DNA of 64,000 nucleotides from Mycobacteriales bacterium (GCA_035690365.1 DASSKP010000034.1:9209-73208); one strand, 5' to 3'. Numbered from the stretch's first letter, positions 24,130 through 35,269 are shown. The notes: generated by a model not told the origin, from the letters alone. Numbers and translations: made by a program.

Positions 24130-24140
24130 GAGACTCGACC

Positions 24141-24677
24141 TTGAGTTATGCTCCTGGCATGAAGGACTCGGTCGACTTCTGCACCGTGGACATCGCCTCG
24201 CGCTACGCCGAGATCGACCCGGTGGTCGAGGGGGTCGTGGGCCGGCTCTCGGCGATCAACAAGCACATCTCGCGCGCCTTCGACGACACGCTGGCCCGCC
24301 ACGGCCTCAACCACGGGGAGTACCGCCTGCTCCTGCGGTTGACCACGCGCTCCGATGACAACCGGATGACGGCCGGCGAGCTGGGCCGGGCCCTGTTGCT
24401 GTCCTCCGGCGCCATGACCAACCGGATCGACAGGTTGGAGGCAGCCGGTCTCGTGGAGCGCGTGCGCGACCCGCGCGACCGCCGCGGCGTGCTCGTCGCC
24501 TTGACCGACGCCGGCCGCACGACGATCGACGGTGCCGTCACCGAACAGGCGGCAAAGGAGATCGACGTGATGAGTGCGCTCGGCAGCAAGGAGCTCTCGC
24601 AGCTCAACGGTCTGCTGCGCAAGGTGCTCTCGTCCCTCGAGGTGTCAGCCAACGAGGAGCAGACCCAGGCCGGCTGA
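24141..24677 (+). CDS. MarR family transcriptional regulator
   Basis: Winged-helix pattern: GELGRALLLSSGAMTNRIDRLEAAGLVERVRDPRDRRGVLVALT. The start could be TTG 24141 or ATG 24159. Confidence 0.85.
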   Translation: MSYAPGMKDSVDFCTVDIASRYAEIDPVVEGVVGRLSAINKHISRAFDDTLARHGLNHGEYRLLLRLTTRSDDNRMTAGELGRALLLSSGAMTNRIDRLEAAGLVERVRDPRDRRGVLVALTDAGRTTIDGAVTEQAAKEIDVMSALGSKELSQLNGLLRKVLSSLEVSANEEQTQAG

Positions 24678-24684
24678 CCTCAGC

Positions 24685-25323
24685 TCAGCGGGGGTTCTGC
24701 CGGTCGACGTTCCAGTGCCGGGAGACCGAGGTCATCCAGCCTGCGTCACTACGAGGCAAAAGGCTGAACCGCGAGATCAGGCGCTGCCCGCCTTGGTGGT
24801 CGCCGTAGAGCAAGTCGATGACGATGCGCTGGCGCGACTCGATCATCTGTCGCAAGGGCTGCCAGTGTGGGTCCGCCGGGTCCCGGATGGCGCCCTGCCA
24901 GAACCCGATGTCGCCGGCCGGGATGTAGAGGTCCCGGGTCAGCCTGCGGAACTCGTCGACCGGCGGATGGTCGGGAGCGCCCATCGTCGTCGGGTCGGCC
25001 TCGATCCGCCATCCGTGAAGCACGGCGATGCCACTTCCCGCGTTGCGGATCGACATCGTCAGGTAGATGGCCGCGTCGGTCGGCTCCGCAGTTCCACCCC
25101 CGCCGGGCGACATGACGTAGTGGTCGTCGCCGAAACCGACCTTCAATGTCGGGTCCTCCGGCCGCGACGAGATCAACAGCGGCCGGATGCCGGCGAGCAG
25201 CGACTCCTCCGCGACGCGCGCCGCCCGGTTGGCCGACCGCACCGAGCCGAACGTCGCCACGGCGAGCACCAACGTGCCGGCAGCTGTTGCGAGGGAGGAG
25301 ATCGTCACCCAGTCCGGCGTCAC
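24685..25323 (-). CDS. hypothetical protein with an N-terminal TM anchor
   Basis: ISSLATAAGTLVLAVATFG is a TM helix, followed by a globular region of about 180 aa. GC3 is high. I recognised no family. Confidence 0.65.
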   Translation of the reverse strand: MTPDWVTISSLATAAGTLVLAVATFGSVRSANRAARVAEESLLAGIRPLLISSRPEDPTLKVGFGDDHYVMSPGGGGTAEPTDAAIYLTMSIRNAGSGIAVLHGWRIEADPTTMGAPDHPPVDEFRRLTRDLYIPAGDIGFWQGAIRDPADPHWQPLRQMIESRQRIVIDLLYGDHQGGQRLISRFSLLPRSDAGWMTSVSRHWNVDRQNPR

Positions 25324-25343
25324 GCCGCCAATCTAGGGCCGGC

Positions 25344-26567
25344 TCAACGACAGGCGTCGTACTCCTTCGCCGTCAGCACGTGCACGACCGCGGCGTCGAG
25401 CCGGCTCGACGGCAGCCGTCCGGAACGCGTCGCGGCCACGATGCTCGCCACCACCGACCGGTACGTCGCCAGCACGTGCGATGCCTGCAGGGCCACCTCA
25501 TCAGCCGGTGTGAGCGTCGAGCCGAACAGAACCAGGTCGGCTCCTGCTGCCAGCGAGCGCACGGTCGCGTCGGCGAGCGATGACGTCACGGCCCGCACGG
25601 CTCCGGCGGACAGGCTGTCGGTGATGACGAGTCCGCGGAAGCCGAGCTCGTGCCGCAACAGCCCCTCGATGACGGCGTGTGAAAGCGACGATGGCAGTGG
25701 CGTGAGGCCGGGGACCGAGGCGTTGCTCGTCATGACTGCTGGTGCACCGGCGGCGATCGCCGCGCGGAACGGCGCCAGGTCGCGAACGCGCAGGGTCGCC
25801 AGCGAGTTGGTGGTGGCGGGCCCGACGTCGGTGTTCTGCTGCGCCCCGCCGAGACCGGGGAAGTGCTTCACGACCGGCAACACTCCGCCCGCACGCAGGC
25901 CGGACATGAACGCCGTTCCGTAGGCAGCGGCCGTCGACGGATCGGGGCTGAAGGAGCGGTAGCCGTCCGCGTTGGTGGAGCTGGGCCCCTGCCGCCCGTC
26001 GACGTCGAGGACCGGCGCAAGGTCCGTGCGGACGCCGGCGGCGACCATCTGGCGAGCTCTCGCCTGGGCCAGTGCACGGGTCTGCGCGACGGACATCGTC
26101 TGCGCCATCGTGCGCGCCCAGGGGATCGGGCCGACCAGGCCGGCCAGTCGCTGCACGCCCCCGCCTTCTTCGTCTCCCATGACCAGCGGACGCGGACCAA
26201 GAGCACGTCCGCCCAGTGAGTGAATCCGGGCCGCGAGGTCCTGGGGAGGTGTCGCGTTGCCGAGGAACAACACGCCTCCGGCGCCTTCGCTCACTTCCGT
26301 CGTCGCACCGGCGACGTCGAAGTCACGCACTGGCACGGCCAGGACCTGCGCCGCCCGGCGGGCGAGCGGCCAGCGTGCGACGGCCGACGCAGCAGTGCAC
26401 GTGGCTGGCGCCGGCGACGGGCTCGGCGAGATGGTCGGCGGCGCCGACAGTGTGACCCCGGATGAGGGGGAAGTGCTGACCCCGGCCGGACCTCCGGCTT
26501 GCTCGCCTGCCTGCCCGCACGCCGTCATCACCGCGACTGCAGCGATGACGACGGCCGGTCTCTTCAT
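25344..26567 (-). CDS. glycoside hydrolase family 3 lipoprotein (NagZ-like beta-N-acetylhexosaminidase)
   Basis: Lipobox signal MKRPAVVIAAVAVMTAC. Motifs GDEEGGGVQRL, DLAPVLDV and KHFPGLG. The track extension to 27353 was rejected. Confidence 0.85.
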   Translation of the reverse strand: MKRPAVVIAAVAVMTACGQAGEQAGGPAGVSTSPSSGVTLSAPPTISPSPSPAPATCTAASAVARWPLARRAAQVLAVPVRDFDVAGATTEVSEGAGGVLFLGNATPPQDLAARIHSLGGRALGPRPLVMGDEEGGGVQRLAGLVGPIPWARTMAQTMSVAQTRALAQARARQMVAAGVRTDLAPVLDVDGRQGPSSTNADGYRSFSPDPSTAAAYGTAFMSGLRAGGVLPVVKHFPGLGGAQQNTDVGPATTNSLATLRVRDLAPFRAAIAAGAPAVMTSNASVPGLTPLPSSLSHAVIEGLLRHELGFRGLVITDSLSAGAVRAVTSSLADATVRSLAAGADLVLFGSTLTPADEVALQASHVLATYRSVVASIVAATRSGRLPSSRLDAAVVHVLTAKEYDACR

Positions 26568-26620
26568 GTCACGAAGACGCGCGGGCCGCCGGTTGCGTTC
26601 ACCGGCAGCCCGCACCGAGG

Positions 26621-27304
26621 TCAGACCTTTGCGGTCGGTGCCTCCGCCGTCGCCTGTGCGGGCACGGTCGCGGCTGCCGTCGTGGTGACGTCGATCTCTC
26701 GGCGCATCAGCATCATGACGGCGCTCGTGAGCACGAACAGTGGGGCGACGATGAAGCCCAGGAACCCGCCGGGCCCGACAAGGGACGCGACGCCCGCGAC
26801 GATCGCGACGTAGCCCATCCACTTGGGGAGCAGCGAGCTCTGCAGCACCGTCACGCCCGCGCCGATGAGCATGGTCGCGGCGCCCGCGATGAACGGGATC
26901 CACGAGTCGTTCGACAGCACGTTGGCGGTCTGCGCGATCTGCGCCTGCTGGTGCCATGACGCCGAGCTGACCGTCAGCTCGATGACGCTGCCGACCAGAG
27001 CGCCCATCGCCCAGATGACCGCGCCGACGAGCATCGTCGTCGGCCCGATGTCGGAGGTCGCGCGTGCTTCGCGGGCGCGGGCGCGAAGGTAGGTGAAGTA
27101 GATGGCACCCAGCGCGACGATCAAGGGCGCCAGCAGAGCGTCGGCCGTCGTCCGGCCGTGATGGGTGTTGTAGTAGTGCATGACGGTCTGCGCCGACGCC
27201 TTTTCGCCGGGTGTGCTCCCGTTGAGGAAGAAGATCGAGAAGGCGAACAGGGCGAAGAACGCGATCCCCGTCCATGCCCAGTAGCGCGATCCTGACTGTC
27301 GCAT
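26621..27304 (-). CDS. integral membrane protein, unknown function
   Basis: About 6 hydrophobic segments with high GC3. It lies upstream of and on the same strand as the GH3 gene. Confidence 0.7.
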   Translation of the reverse strand: MRQSGSRYWAWTGIAFFALFAFSIFFLNGSTPGEKASAQTVMHYYNTHHGRTTADALLAPLIVALGAIYFTYLRARAREARATSDIGPTTMLVGAVIWAMGALVGSVIELTVSSASWHQQAQIAQTANVLSNDSWIPFIAGAATMLIGAGVTVLQSSLLPKWMGYVAIVAGVASLVGPGGFLGFIVAPLFVLTSAVMMLMRREIDVTTTAAATVPAQATAEAPTAKV

Positions 27305-27387
27305 GACATTCCCCCTCTTGTCGGCCTACGCCGGACGGTAAGCCGCCGGGCACCGTCAGGTAATCGTTCGTCGTGACTAGTCACGGG

Positions 27388-28095
27388 TCAGCTGCGTGGG
27401 GGGCGGAGGACGGCGAACGGGTCGGTGACCAGCAGCTCACGACTGCGGAAGCGGTAGATGGCGGCCGGTCGTCCACCTCCTGGACCCGGCGACGAGAGCT
27501 CACCGGTCGGCTCGATCAGCCGGCGGCGGGTCATCACGCGAGCGAGGTTGGTCGGGTGCACGGAGTAGCCGAGCGCGCCGCTGATGATGTCGCGCAGCTC
27601 CGACAGGCTGAACTCCGACGGTGCGAGCGCGAAGCCGATGTTGGTGTACGACAGCTTCGCGCGAAGGCGCTCGACTCCCGCGGTCACGAAGTCGTGGTGG
27701 TCGAACGCCGTGGCGGGGAGGGCGTCGACGGGGATCCACTGGGTGTCGGGCGGCAGCTCGGGCTCCACTCCGGTGGCCACGATGCCCAGGTAGCCGGTGG
27801 CGAGCACCCGGCCGCGGGGGTCGCGCTTCGTCGCGCTGTGCGTCGCCAGCTGCTCCAGATAAGCGACGTCGCGCAGCGCGACCTTCTCGGCGAGATGACG
27901 CTGCAACGACTCGCGCAGCCGCTCGTCCGGTGCGAGTGCCCCACCTGGCAGCGCCCAGCGGTGCGCGTGCGGGGGAAGCGCCCGCTGCCACATGAGCACG
28001 GACAAGGTGCCGGCCCGGACGGACAGAACCACCGCGAGCGCCTCGTGCGGATAGGCCGGCCAGTGAAGACCGCCCCCCGAACCGCTACCCGCCAT
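27388..28095 (-). CDS. nrtR: Nudix-related transcriptional regulator (NrtR-like)
   Basis: Degenerate Nudix box ([22 protein letters not shown]) plus a C-terminal winged-helix region. It is divergent from nadA-nadB-nadC. The start is ATG 28095. Confidence 0.75.
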   Translation of the reverse strand: MAGSGSGGGLHWPAYPHEALAVVLSVRAGTLSVLMWQRALPPHAHRWALPGGALAPDERLRESLQRHLAEKVALRDVAYLEQLATHSATKRDPRGRVLATGYLGIVATGVEPELPPDTQWIPVDALPATAFDHHDFVTAGVERLRAKLSYTNIGFALAPSEFSLSELRDIISGALGYSVHPTNLARVMTRRRLIEPTGELSSPGPGGGRPAAIYRFRSRELLVTDPFAVLRPPRS

Positions 28096-28115
28096 GAGGG
28101 CCCATGTTAGCGTAG

Positions 28116-28138
28116 GTATTCGCTTGAGAGGCGAAAAC
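28116..28138. promoter_or_regulatory. inverted repeat GTATTCGC-N7-GCGAAAAC, candidate NrtR operator
   Basis: 7/8 complementary arms sit in the 55-bp nrtR/nadA intergenic region. A TAGCGT -10-like hexamer lies at 28108-28113. Confidence 0.4.
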
Positions 28139-28150
28139 TGGGAGGGCGTC

Positions 28151-29152
28151 ATGTCGCTGGCAGCTCAGGTTGTGGAGGAAGACGAGGCGAGCCTCGCCGA
28201 ATGGCGCGAAGAGGTGCGTGCGCTCGCCCGCGCCCGTGACGCCGTGGTGCTCGCGCACAACTACCAGCTGCCGGCCATCCAGGACGTCGCCGACCATGTC
28301 GGAGACTCGCTCGCGCTGGCGCGGCTCGCCGCGCGCACCGATGCGTCGGTCATCGTCATGTGCGGCGTGCACTTCATGGCCGAGACCGCGAAGCTGCTCT
28401 CGCCGGACAAGACCGTGCTGATTCCGACCCTTGCGGCCGGCTGCTCGCTCGCCGACACCATCGACGCCGAGCAGCTTCGCGCGTGGAAGGCCGAGCATCC
28501 CGGCGCCGCCGTCGTCGCCTACGTCAACACGAGCGCCGAGGTGAAGGCCGAGGCGGACATCTGCTGTACGTCGTCCAACGCCGTCGATGTCGTGAACAGC
28601 ATCGACCGTGACCAGCCGGTGCTGTTCCTGCCGGATCAGTTCCTCGGTGCGCACGTGCGCCGGGAGACCGGGCGGGACAACCTGCATGTCTGGATGGGGG
28701 AGTGTCACGTGCACGCCGGCATCAGTCCGCAGGACATGGCGGACTCGATGGAGCGGCACCCGGACGCTGAACTCCTCATCCATCCGGAGTGCGGTTGTGC
28801 GACGTCAGCGATGTGGGCGGCCGGTGCGGGCGTCCTGCCGCTCGAGCGGGTGCACGTGACATCGACCTCGGGCATGCTCGATCGCGCGCGTGAGAGCCGC
28901 AGCCGGCTGACCCTGGTCGCGACCGAGGTCGACATGATCCACCAGCTGCGTCAGGCCAACACCGGCACGGAGTTCGTTGCCGTCAATCCCAAGGCGTCCT
29001 GCCGCTACATGAAGATGATCACGCCCGAACTGCTCGTCGAAAGCCTGCGCGACGGTCGTGACGAGGTCGTCATCGCGCCCGATGTCGCCGAGCGGGCCCG
29101 AGCCTCGGTTGCGCGGATGATCGAGATCGGCGCCGCCGGCGGCACGCGGTGA
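28151..29152 (+). CDS. nadA: quinolinate synthase
   Basis: GGGAGGG RBS. Motifs [19 protein letters not shown] and HPEC, followed by nadB and nadC. Confidence 0.92.
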   Translation: MSLAAQVVEEDEASLAEWREEVRALARARDAVVLAHNYQLPAIQDVADHVGDSLALARLAARTDASVIVMCGVHFMAETAKLLSPDKTVLIPTLAAGCSLADTIDAEQLRAWKAEHPGAAVVAYVNTSAEVKAEADICCTSSNAVDVVNSIDRDQPVLFLPDQFLGAHVRRETGRDNLHVWMGECHVHAGISPQDMADSMERHPDAELLIHPECGCATSAMWAAGAGVLPLERVHVTSTSGMLDRARESRSRLTLVATEVDMIHQLRQANTGTEFVAVNPKASCRYMKMITPELLVESLRDGRDEVVIAPDVAERARASVARMIEIGAAGGTR

Positions 29153-30753
29153 GCGCCCGCACGCAGACCGACGTCGACGTCGTCGTCGTCGGCTCGGGCG
29201 TTGCCGGCTTGACCGTGGCGCTCGGTCTGTCGAGCAGCCGCAGCGTGGCGCTGGTCACGAGCGGTGCTCTCGGAGAGGGCAGCACCCCTCTGGCGCAGGG
29301 CGGGCTGGCCGTCGCAGTAGGGCCGGATGACGCGCCCTCGTCGCACGCCGCGGACACGACTGCGCTGGGTGCCGGACTGTCCTCGGCCGCAGCGGTCGAC
29401 CGGCTCGTCGAGGAAGGTCCGCTGCGCGTCGCCGAGCTCGTCGGGGCGGGCGCGGTCCTCGACCGCACTGGTGACGGTCGGCTCGCACTCGGCCGGGAGG
29501 GCGGGCACTCACACCGTCGCGTTGTGCACGCCGGCGGTGACGCGTCTGGTGCCGAGGTGAGCAGAGCGCTGACAGCTGCTGTTCGGGCCGCTCGCGTCCA
29601 GGTCGTCGAGCACGCAGCTGTCGACGCGATCCTGCTCGGCGCCGGTGCAGCTGATGTCGTCGCTCGAGGCGTCCGGCTGCGCACGTCCGACGGCGTCGGC
29701 GAGATCACCGCACGCGCCGTCGTGCTGGCGACCGGTGGCATCGGCGGGCTTTACGCGAGCAGCACCAACCCCGTCGTGGTGACCGGCGAAGGTCTGGGTC
29801 TCGCGCTGCGCGCCGGTGCCGTTCTGACCGACCTCGAGTTCGTGCAGTTCCATCCGACTGCGCTGCGCACGGCTCCGACCGGTCACCGGCTCCCGCTCGT
29901 CACGGAGGCGATGCGTGGCGAAGGCGCCGTACTCATCGATGGCCACGGCCGTCGCCTGATGGCAGGGCGGCACCCGCTCGCCGACCTGGCACCTCGCGAC
30001 GTCGTGGCGCGCCGACTGCATCAGGTGATGACCGAAGGCGGGGGCTCGACGGCCGGTGACGTGTTCCTGGACGCGACGATGCTCGGCGACCAGCGACTGG
30101 CTGAACATTTTCCGACGGTGCGCGCGTCGTGCCTGCGCATCGGGATCGACCCGGCAAGGCAACCCATCCCCGTGACGCCGGCACAGCACTTCGTCTGTGG
30201 TGGCATCCGCACCGGTCGCTGGGGCGAGTCGTCGGTGCCGGGACTGTTCGCGGTGGGTGAGGTCGCCGCGACGGGTGTGCACGGAGCCAATCGGCTGGCG
30301 TCCAACAGCCTCGTCGAGGGGCTCGTCTTCGGCGGCCGGGTCGCCGCGAGGTTGACGCTCGAACTGCCGGAGCCGCTACGCGGCGGCGACATCGACGCGC
30401 CGCCGGCTCCCGTGCTCGTCGACGACGCGCTGCCGGGCATCATCGCCGCCACGACGGCTGCGGCCGGCATCGTGCGGACCGAAGCCGGCTTGGTCGAGGG
30501 CGAGCACGAGCTGACCCTGATGACCGGCGCTTCACGGGCTGCCGGGGCGTCGGCCGGTGGCATCGGCAACCGCTGGCTGGCCGCCCTGGCTGTCGTCCGG
30601 GCCGCGCGGCACCGCACGGAGAGTCGCGGGTGTCACTGGCGCGACGACTTCCCCGAGACGTCTGCGTCGTGGTCTCGACATGTGGCGATCCGCCTCGGCG
30701 CCGACGGACTGCCGGACGTCGACGAGTCATGGCAGGTGAGGCGCAGTGCCTGA
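29149..30753 (+). CDS. nadB: L-aspartate oxidase
   Basis: GTGA overlap with nadA. FAD motif [22 protein letters not shown] and ESRGCHWR. Confidence 0.92.
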   Translation: MSARTQTDVDVVVVGSGVAGLTVALGLSSSRSVALVTSGALGEGSTPLAQGGLAVAVGPDDAPSSHAADTTALGAGLSSAAAVDRLVEEGPLRVAELVGAGAVLDRTGDGRLALGREGGHSHRRVVHAGGDASGAEVSRALTAAVRAARVQVVEHAAVDAILLGAGAADVVARGVRLRTSDGVGEITARAVVLATGGIGGLYASSTNPVVVTGEGLGLALRAGAVLTDLEFVQFHPTALRTAPTGHRLPLVTEAMRGEGAVLIDGHGRRLMAGRHPLADLAPRDVVARRLHQVMTEGGGSTAGDVFLDATMLGDQRLAEHFPTVRASCLRIGIDPARQPIPVTPAQHFVCGGIRTGRWGESSVPGLFAVGEVAATGVHGANRLASNSLVEGLVFGGRVAARLTLELPEPLRGGDIDAPPAPVLVDDALPGIIAATTAAAGIVRTEAGLVEGEHELTLMTGASRAAGASAGGIGNRWLAALAVVRAARHRTESRGCHWRDDFPETSASWSRHVAIRLGADGLPDVDESWQVRRSA

Positions 30754-31663
30754 GCAGTCGTTCTCGGCGTCCACCGTCCGGCGGCTCGAGACCGCGGGTC
30801 TCGACGTGAGCGCCGTCGAGCGCGTGCTTCGCGCCGCCCTCGACGAGGACCTCGGCCAGCAGGGTGACATCACGTCGGACGCGACCGTGCCGGACGGTGA
30901 GCAGCTGCTGACCGCCGACTACGTGAGCCGCCAGGGCGGTGTCGTCGCGGGGCTGCCGCTGCTCGCGGCGACCTACGACCTGGTGGCGCCGCGGCAGGCC
31001 GTCATCACCTGCAGTGTCGAGGACGGCGCACGTGTCGTCCCGGGCCGGCCGATCGCCACCGTGCAGTCACCCGCACGGTCGCTGCTCGTCGCGGAGCGCA
31101 CGTCGCTCAACCTGCTCGGCCGCCTGAGTGGCATCGCCACCCTCACCCGGCGATGGGCAGATGCCGTCGAGGGCACCGGCGCGCGGATCCGCGACACCCG
31201 GAAGACGACGCCGGGGCTGCGCGACCTGGAGAAGTACGCCGTGCGATGCGGGGGAGGCGTCAACCATCGGCGCGGTCTCTTCGACGCCTACCTCGTCAAG
31301 GACAACCACATCGCCGCCGCGGGCGGAGTGGCCGCGGCGCTCCACGGCGTCGAACGCGCCCGCAGGGACGATGTCGACGTACAGGTCGAGGTCGACGACA
31401 TGGACCAGCTCGCCGAGGCGCTGACGCACCGGCCGCCGTCGATTCTGCTCGACAACTTCACGGTCGACCAACTCGGGGCAGCGGTCCGGCTCATCCGGTC
31501 GACGGCTCCCGACACGAAGGTCGAGGCCAGTGGCGGCCTGCAGCTCGGCAACGCCGCCGAAGTGGCTCGGACCGGCGTCGACTACCTCGCGGTCGGCGAG
31601 CTCACCCACTCGGCGCCGCAGCTCGACATCGGTCTCGACGTCGTCTCAACGTGCCGGGGGTGA
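30746..31663 (+). CDS. nadC: nicotinate-nucleotide pyrophosphorylase (carboxylating)
   Basis: ERTSLNLLGRLSGIAT, DTRKTTPGLR and LDNF motifs. It overlaps the nadB end. Confidence 0.92.
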   Translation: MPEQSFSASTVRRLETAGLDVSAVERVLRAALDEDLGQQGDITSDATVPDGEQLLTADYVSRQGGVVAGLPLLAATYDLVAPRQAVITCSVEDGARVVPGRPIATVQSPARSLLVAERTSLNLLGRLSGIATLTRRWADAVEGTGARIRDTRKTTPGLRDLEKYAVRCGGGVNHRRGLFDAYLVKDNHIAAAGGVAAALHGVERARRDDVDVQVEVDDMDQLAEALTHRPPSILLDNFTVDQLGAAVRLIRSTAPDTKVEASGGLQLGNAAEVARTGVDYLAVGELTHSAPQLDIGLDVVSTCRG

Positions 31664-32284
31664 GCCGAACAACCGGTCGCCGGCGTCGCCCAGTCCGGGC
31701 ACGATGTAGGACCGCTCGTCGAGGTGGTCGTCGACGGCGGCCACGACCAGCGAGACGTCGTCGGGGTACTGCGCCGCGACGCGCTCGATGCCCTCGGGCG
31801 CGGCGAGCAGGCACACACACGTGACCGACTCGGCGCCCCGGCCGAGAAGAGAGTCGACGACGGCGATCAACGTGCCGCCCGTCGCCAGCATGGGGTCGAG
31901 GACGAACGTCGCGCGCCCCGAGGCGTCCTCCGGGAGGCGCTCGGCGTACCACGACGCCTGCGCGGTCTCCTCGTCGCGGACGAGCCCGGCGAAGCCGACC
32001 TCTGCGTCCGGCAGCAGCCGGATGAACCCGTCGAGCATGCCGACACCGGCGCGGAGCACGGGCACGACCAGGGGTGGGGGCATGGTGAGGCAGACGCCGG
32101 TCGTCTCTGTGAGTGGTGTGCGCACGCGCACGGGCTCGACCGGCACTCCGCGCGTCGCCTCGTACGTGAGGAGGGTGACCAGGTCGTCGACCAGCCTCCG
32201 GAACAACGCTGTCGGCGTCGTCTGGTCGCGCAGCGTTGTGAGCTTCGCCGCGACGACGGGGTGGTCGACGATTGTCACCCGCAC
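31646..32284 (-). CDS. upp: uracil phosphoribosyltransferase
   Basis: GGAGGAGG RBS 6 nt before GTG 32284. Motifs VDHPVVAAKLTTLRD, LDPMLATGG and YIVPGLGDAGDRLFG. Confidence 0.9.
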   Translation of the reverse strand: MRVTIVDHPVVAAKLTTLRDQTTPTALFRRLVDDLVTLLTYEATRGVPVEPVRVRTPLTETTGVCLTMPPPLVVPVLRAGVGMLDGFIRLLPDAEVGFAGLVRDEETAQASWYAERLPEDASGRATFVLDPMLATGGTLIAVVDSLLGRGAESVTCVCLLAAPEGIERVAAQYPDDVSLVVAAVDDHLDERSYIVPGLGDAGDRLFGSPPAR

Positions 32285-32360
32285 GCTGGCCTCCTCCGCC
32301 GCTGTCGCGCCTCGGCGGACGCTACCGTGACGGCACCACCGACCGGGGAGAGACCGATCG

Positions 32361-33767
32361 ATGCCCGTCACTGACACAGACCTCCAGGCGCTCGAAGTCC
32401 GCGAAGGCACCTACGGCGAGGCCGTGGCCGCGATCGAGCCCGGGGGTGCGGAGTTCATCCCGCTCAACGAGCGGCACGGCCGACCGAGCCAGCTCTTCTG
32501 GACGTGGATGTCGCCGAACTTCGAGTTCGCGACGGTGTTCGTCGGCGTCATCTCGGTGCTGTTCTTCGGATTGAGCTTCTGGCAGTCGGTCGCGGCCATC
32601 GTGCTCGGCAGCGTGCTCGGTGCGTCGGTGCAAGGCGTGCTGTCCGCGCGCGGACCGCTGTACGGCGTCCCGCAGATGGTGTTGTCGCGGCTGTCGTTCG
32701 GCTACTGGGGCAACGTCCTGCCGGCCGGCCTCCAGGCGCTCACCGCCGGCATCGGCTGGTTCGCCGTCAACAGCGTCTCGGGCGCTCTCGCTCTCAACAC
32801 GCTGACGCACATGCCGAAGCTGCTGTGCCTCCTGATCATCGCGGCGATCCAGATCGCGGTCGCCCTCTACGGACACAACCTCATCCACGTCTTCGAGCGC
32901 TATGCCTTCCCGGTGCTGCTGGTGGCGTTCGGTCTCGGTGCGATCTGGACCTTCGGCAAGGCGCACTACGGCGCCGCGGGCCATCCGATCCCCGGTGGCT
33001 TCCTCATCGAGCTGGCCGCGACCTTCGGATACGCCGCGGGATGGAATCCCTACGCCGCCGACTACACGCGCTATCTGTCGCCGGAGACCAACCGCCGCGC
33101 GACCGGGTTGTGGGCGGGCCTCGGCCTCGGTGTGTCCTGCATCGCTCTCGAGGTGCTCGGCGCGGCCTCGGCGACGATCGCGACGAAGCAGGGTCTGTCG
33201 CCGACGAGCGCGTTCACGGCGCCGTACCCGACCTTCGTCGCCGACCTCGTGCTGCTCGCGATCGCCATCGGCGCGATCGCCGCCAACGTCATCAACATCT
33301 ACTCCGGCTCGATGTCGTTCCTGACCGTCGGCATCAAGCTGCACGCGTCGCTGCGGCGTGCGCTTGCGGCGACGGTGTTCGGCATCGTCGGCTTCATCGT
33401 GGCGTGGACCGGCCTGAACAACGTGAGCCGTTACGAGAACTTCCTGCTGATCATCGCCTACTGGCTCGGGCCGTGGATCGCGGTTGTCCTCGTCGACCAG
33501 GCGTTGCGGCGCGTCCCGCCGACAGCAGCCCTCTACAACGAGCGTTACACCAACTGGGCCGGACCGGTGGCGATGGTCGTCGGTATGGCGGTGTCGATCC
33601 CGCTGTTCTGCAACCAGACGAAGTACGTCGGCCCGATCCCGAAGAATCATCCCGGCGTCGGTGACCTGACCTTCGAGGTGGGCTTCGTCATCGCGGCCGT
33701 CGTCTATGCCGTGTTGTTCAGCCTCACGCGCAGGGACGCTCTGCCGTCGAAGGACGCAGTGCGCTGA
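32361..33767 (+). CDS. purine-cytosine permease (NCS1 family, CodB-like)
   Basis: Twelve TM segments. PLNERHG near the N-terminus and the AADYTRY motif are typical of NCS1 cytosine/purine permeases. Confidence 0.85.
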   Translation: MPVTDTDLQALEVREGTYGEAVAAIEPGGAEFIPLNERHGRPSQLFWTWMSPNFEFATVFVGVISVLFFGLSFWQSVAAIVLGSVLGASVQGVLSARGPLYGVPQMVLSRLSFGYWGNVLPAGLQALTAGIGWFAVNSVSGALALNTLTHMPKLLCLLIIAAIQIAVALYGHNLIHVFERYAFPVLLVAFGLGAIWTFGKAHYGAAGHPIPGGFLIELAATFGYAAGWNPYAADYTRYLSPETNRRATGLWAGLGLGVSCIALEVLGAASATIATKQGLSPTSAFTAPYPTFVADLVLLAIAIGAIAANVINIYSGSMSFLTVGIKLHASLRRALAATVFGIVGFIVAWTGLNNVSRYENFLLIIAYWLGPWIAVVLVDQALRRVPPTAALYNERYTNWAGPVAMVVGMAVSIPLFCNQTKYVGPIPKNHPGVGDLTFEVGFVIAAVVYAVLFSLTRRDALPSKDAVR

Positions 33768-34219
33768 CTCCAGACGACCGGCGCTGGCTCGACGTCGCGA
33801 TTGCGGAGGCGCGCGCCGGCCGCGACGAAGGCGGCGTGCCGATCGGCGCGGCGCTCGTCGCCGACGGCCGGGTGCTCGGGTCCGGTCACAACCGGCGGGT
33901 CCAGCAGGGGAGCGCGATCCGGCACGGCGAGACCGACGCGCTGGAGAACGCCGGCCGCCTGAAGGCGTCGGTCTACCGCACGGCCACGATGTACACGACG
34001 CTCTCGCCGTGCGACATGTGCACGGGCGCGGTGCTGCTCTACGGCATCCCGCGCGTCGTCATCGGGGAGAACCGCACGTTCATGGGTGCGGAGGACCTGC
34101 TGCGGTCGCGAGGGGTCGAGGTCGTCGTCGCGGACGACCTCGACTGTGTGGAGCTGATGGCCGAGTTCATCGCCGCGCACCCTCGACTGTGGAACGAGGA
34201 CATCGGCGAGGAGAGCTGA
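33764..34219 (+). CDS. cytosine deaminase, yeast Fcy1-type (CMP/dCMP zinc-binding family)
   Basis: HGETDALENAG (HxE) and SPCDMCTGA (PCxxC). Conserved N-terminal helix codons (RRWLDVAIAEARAGRDEGGVPIG) lie upstream of the first canonical start (GTG 33836). CTG 33764, overlapping the permease stop (CTGA), is the only plausible initiator. Confidence 0.8.
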   Translation: MTPDDRRWLDVAIAEARAGRDEGGVPIGAALVADGRVLGSGHNRRVQQGSAIRHGETDALENAGRLKASVYRTATMYTTLSPCDMCTGAVLLYGIPRVVIGENRTFMGAEDLLRSRGVEVVVADDLDCVELMAEFIAAHPRLWNEDIGEES

Positions 34220-34264
34220 GTCACTCTCGGGTTCGGATCCGACCTTCGGGGGAGGAACGGACGC

Positions 34265-35245
<981 letters not shown>

Positions 35246-35269
35246 CTTGCATGCCTCGCCGAGGTCGCC

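Noticed and set aside
26568-27353. Upstream 262 codons of the track ORF 25344-27353, which would make the GH3 protein 669 aa.
   Set aside because: This part is Arg/Asp-rich and overlaps, in another frame, a convincing multi-TM protein (26621-27304). ATG 26567 gives a proper lipobox signal peptide.
32404-32412. Additional GGCACCTAC matches inside CDSs (also near 36827 on the reverse strand and near 49186), considered as extra copies of the CGGCACCTA motif.
   Set aside because: In the coding frame these read Gly-Thr-Tyr and lack the flanking similarity. They are most simply codon-driven coincidences.
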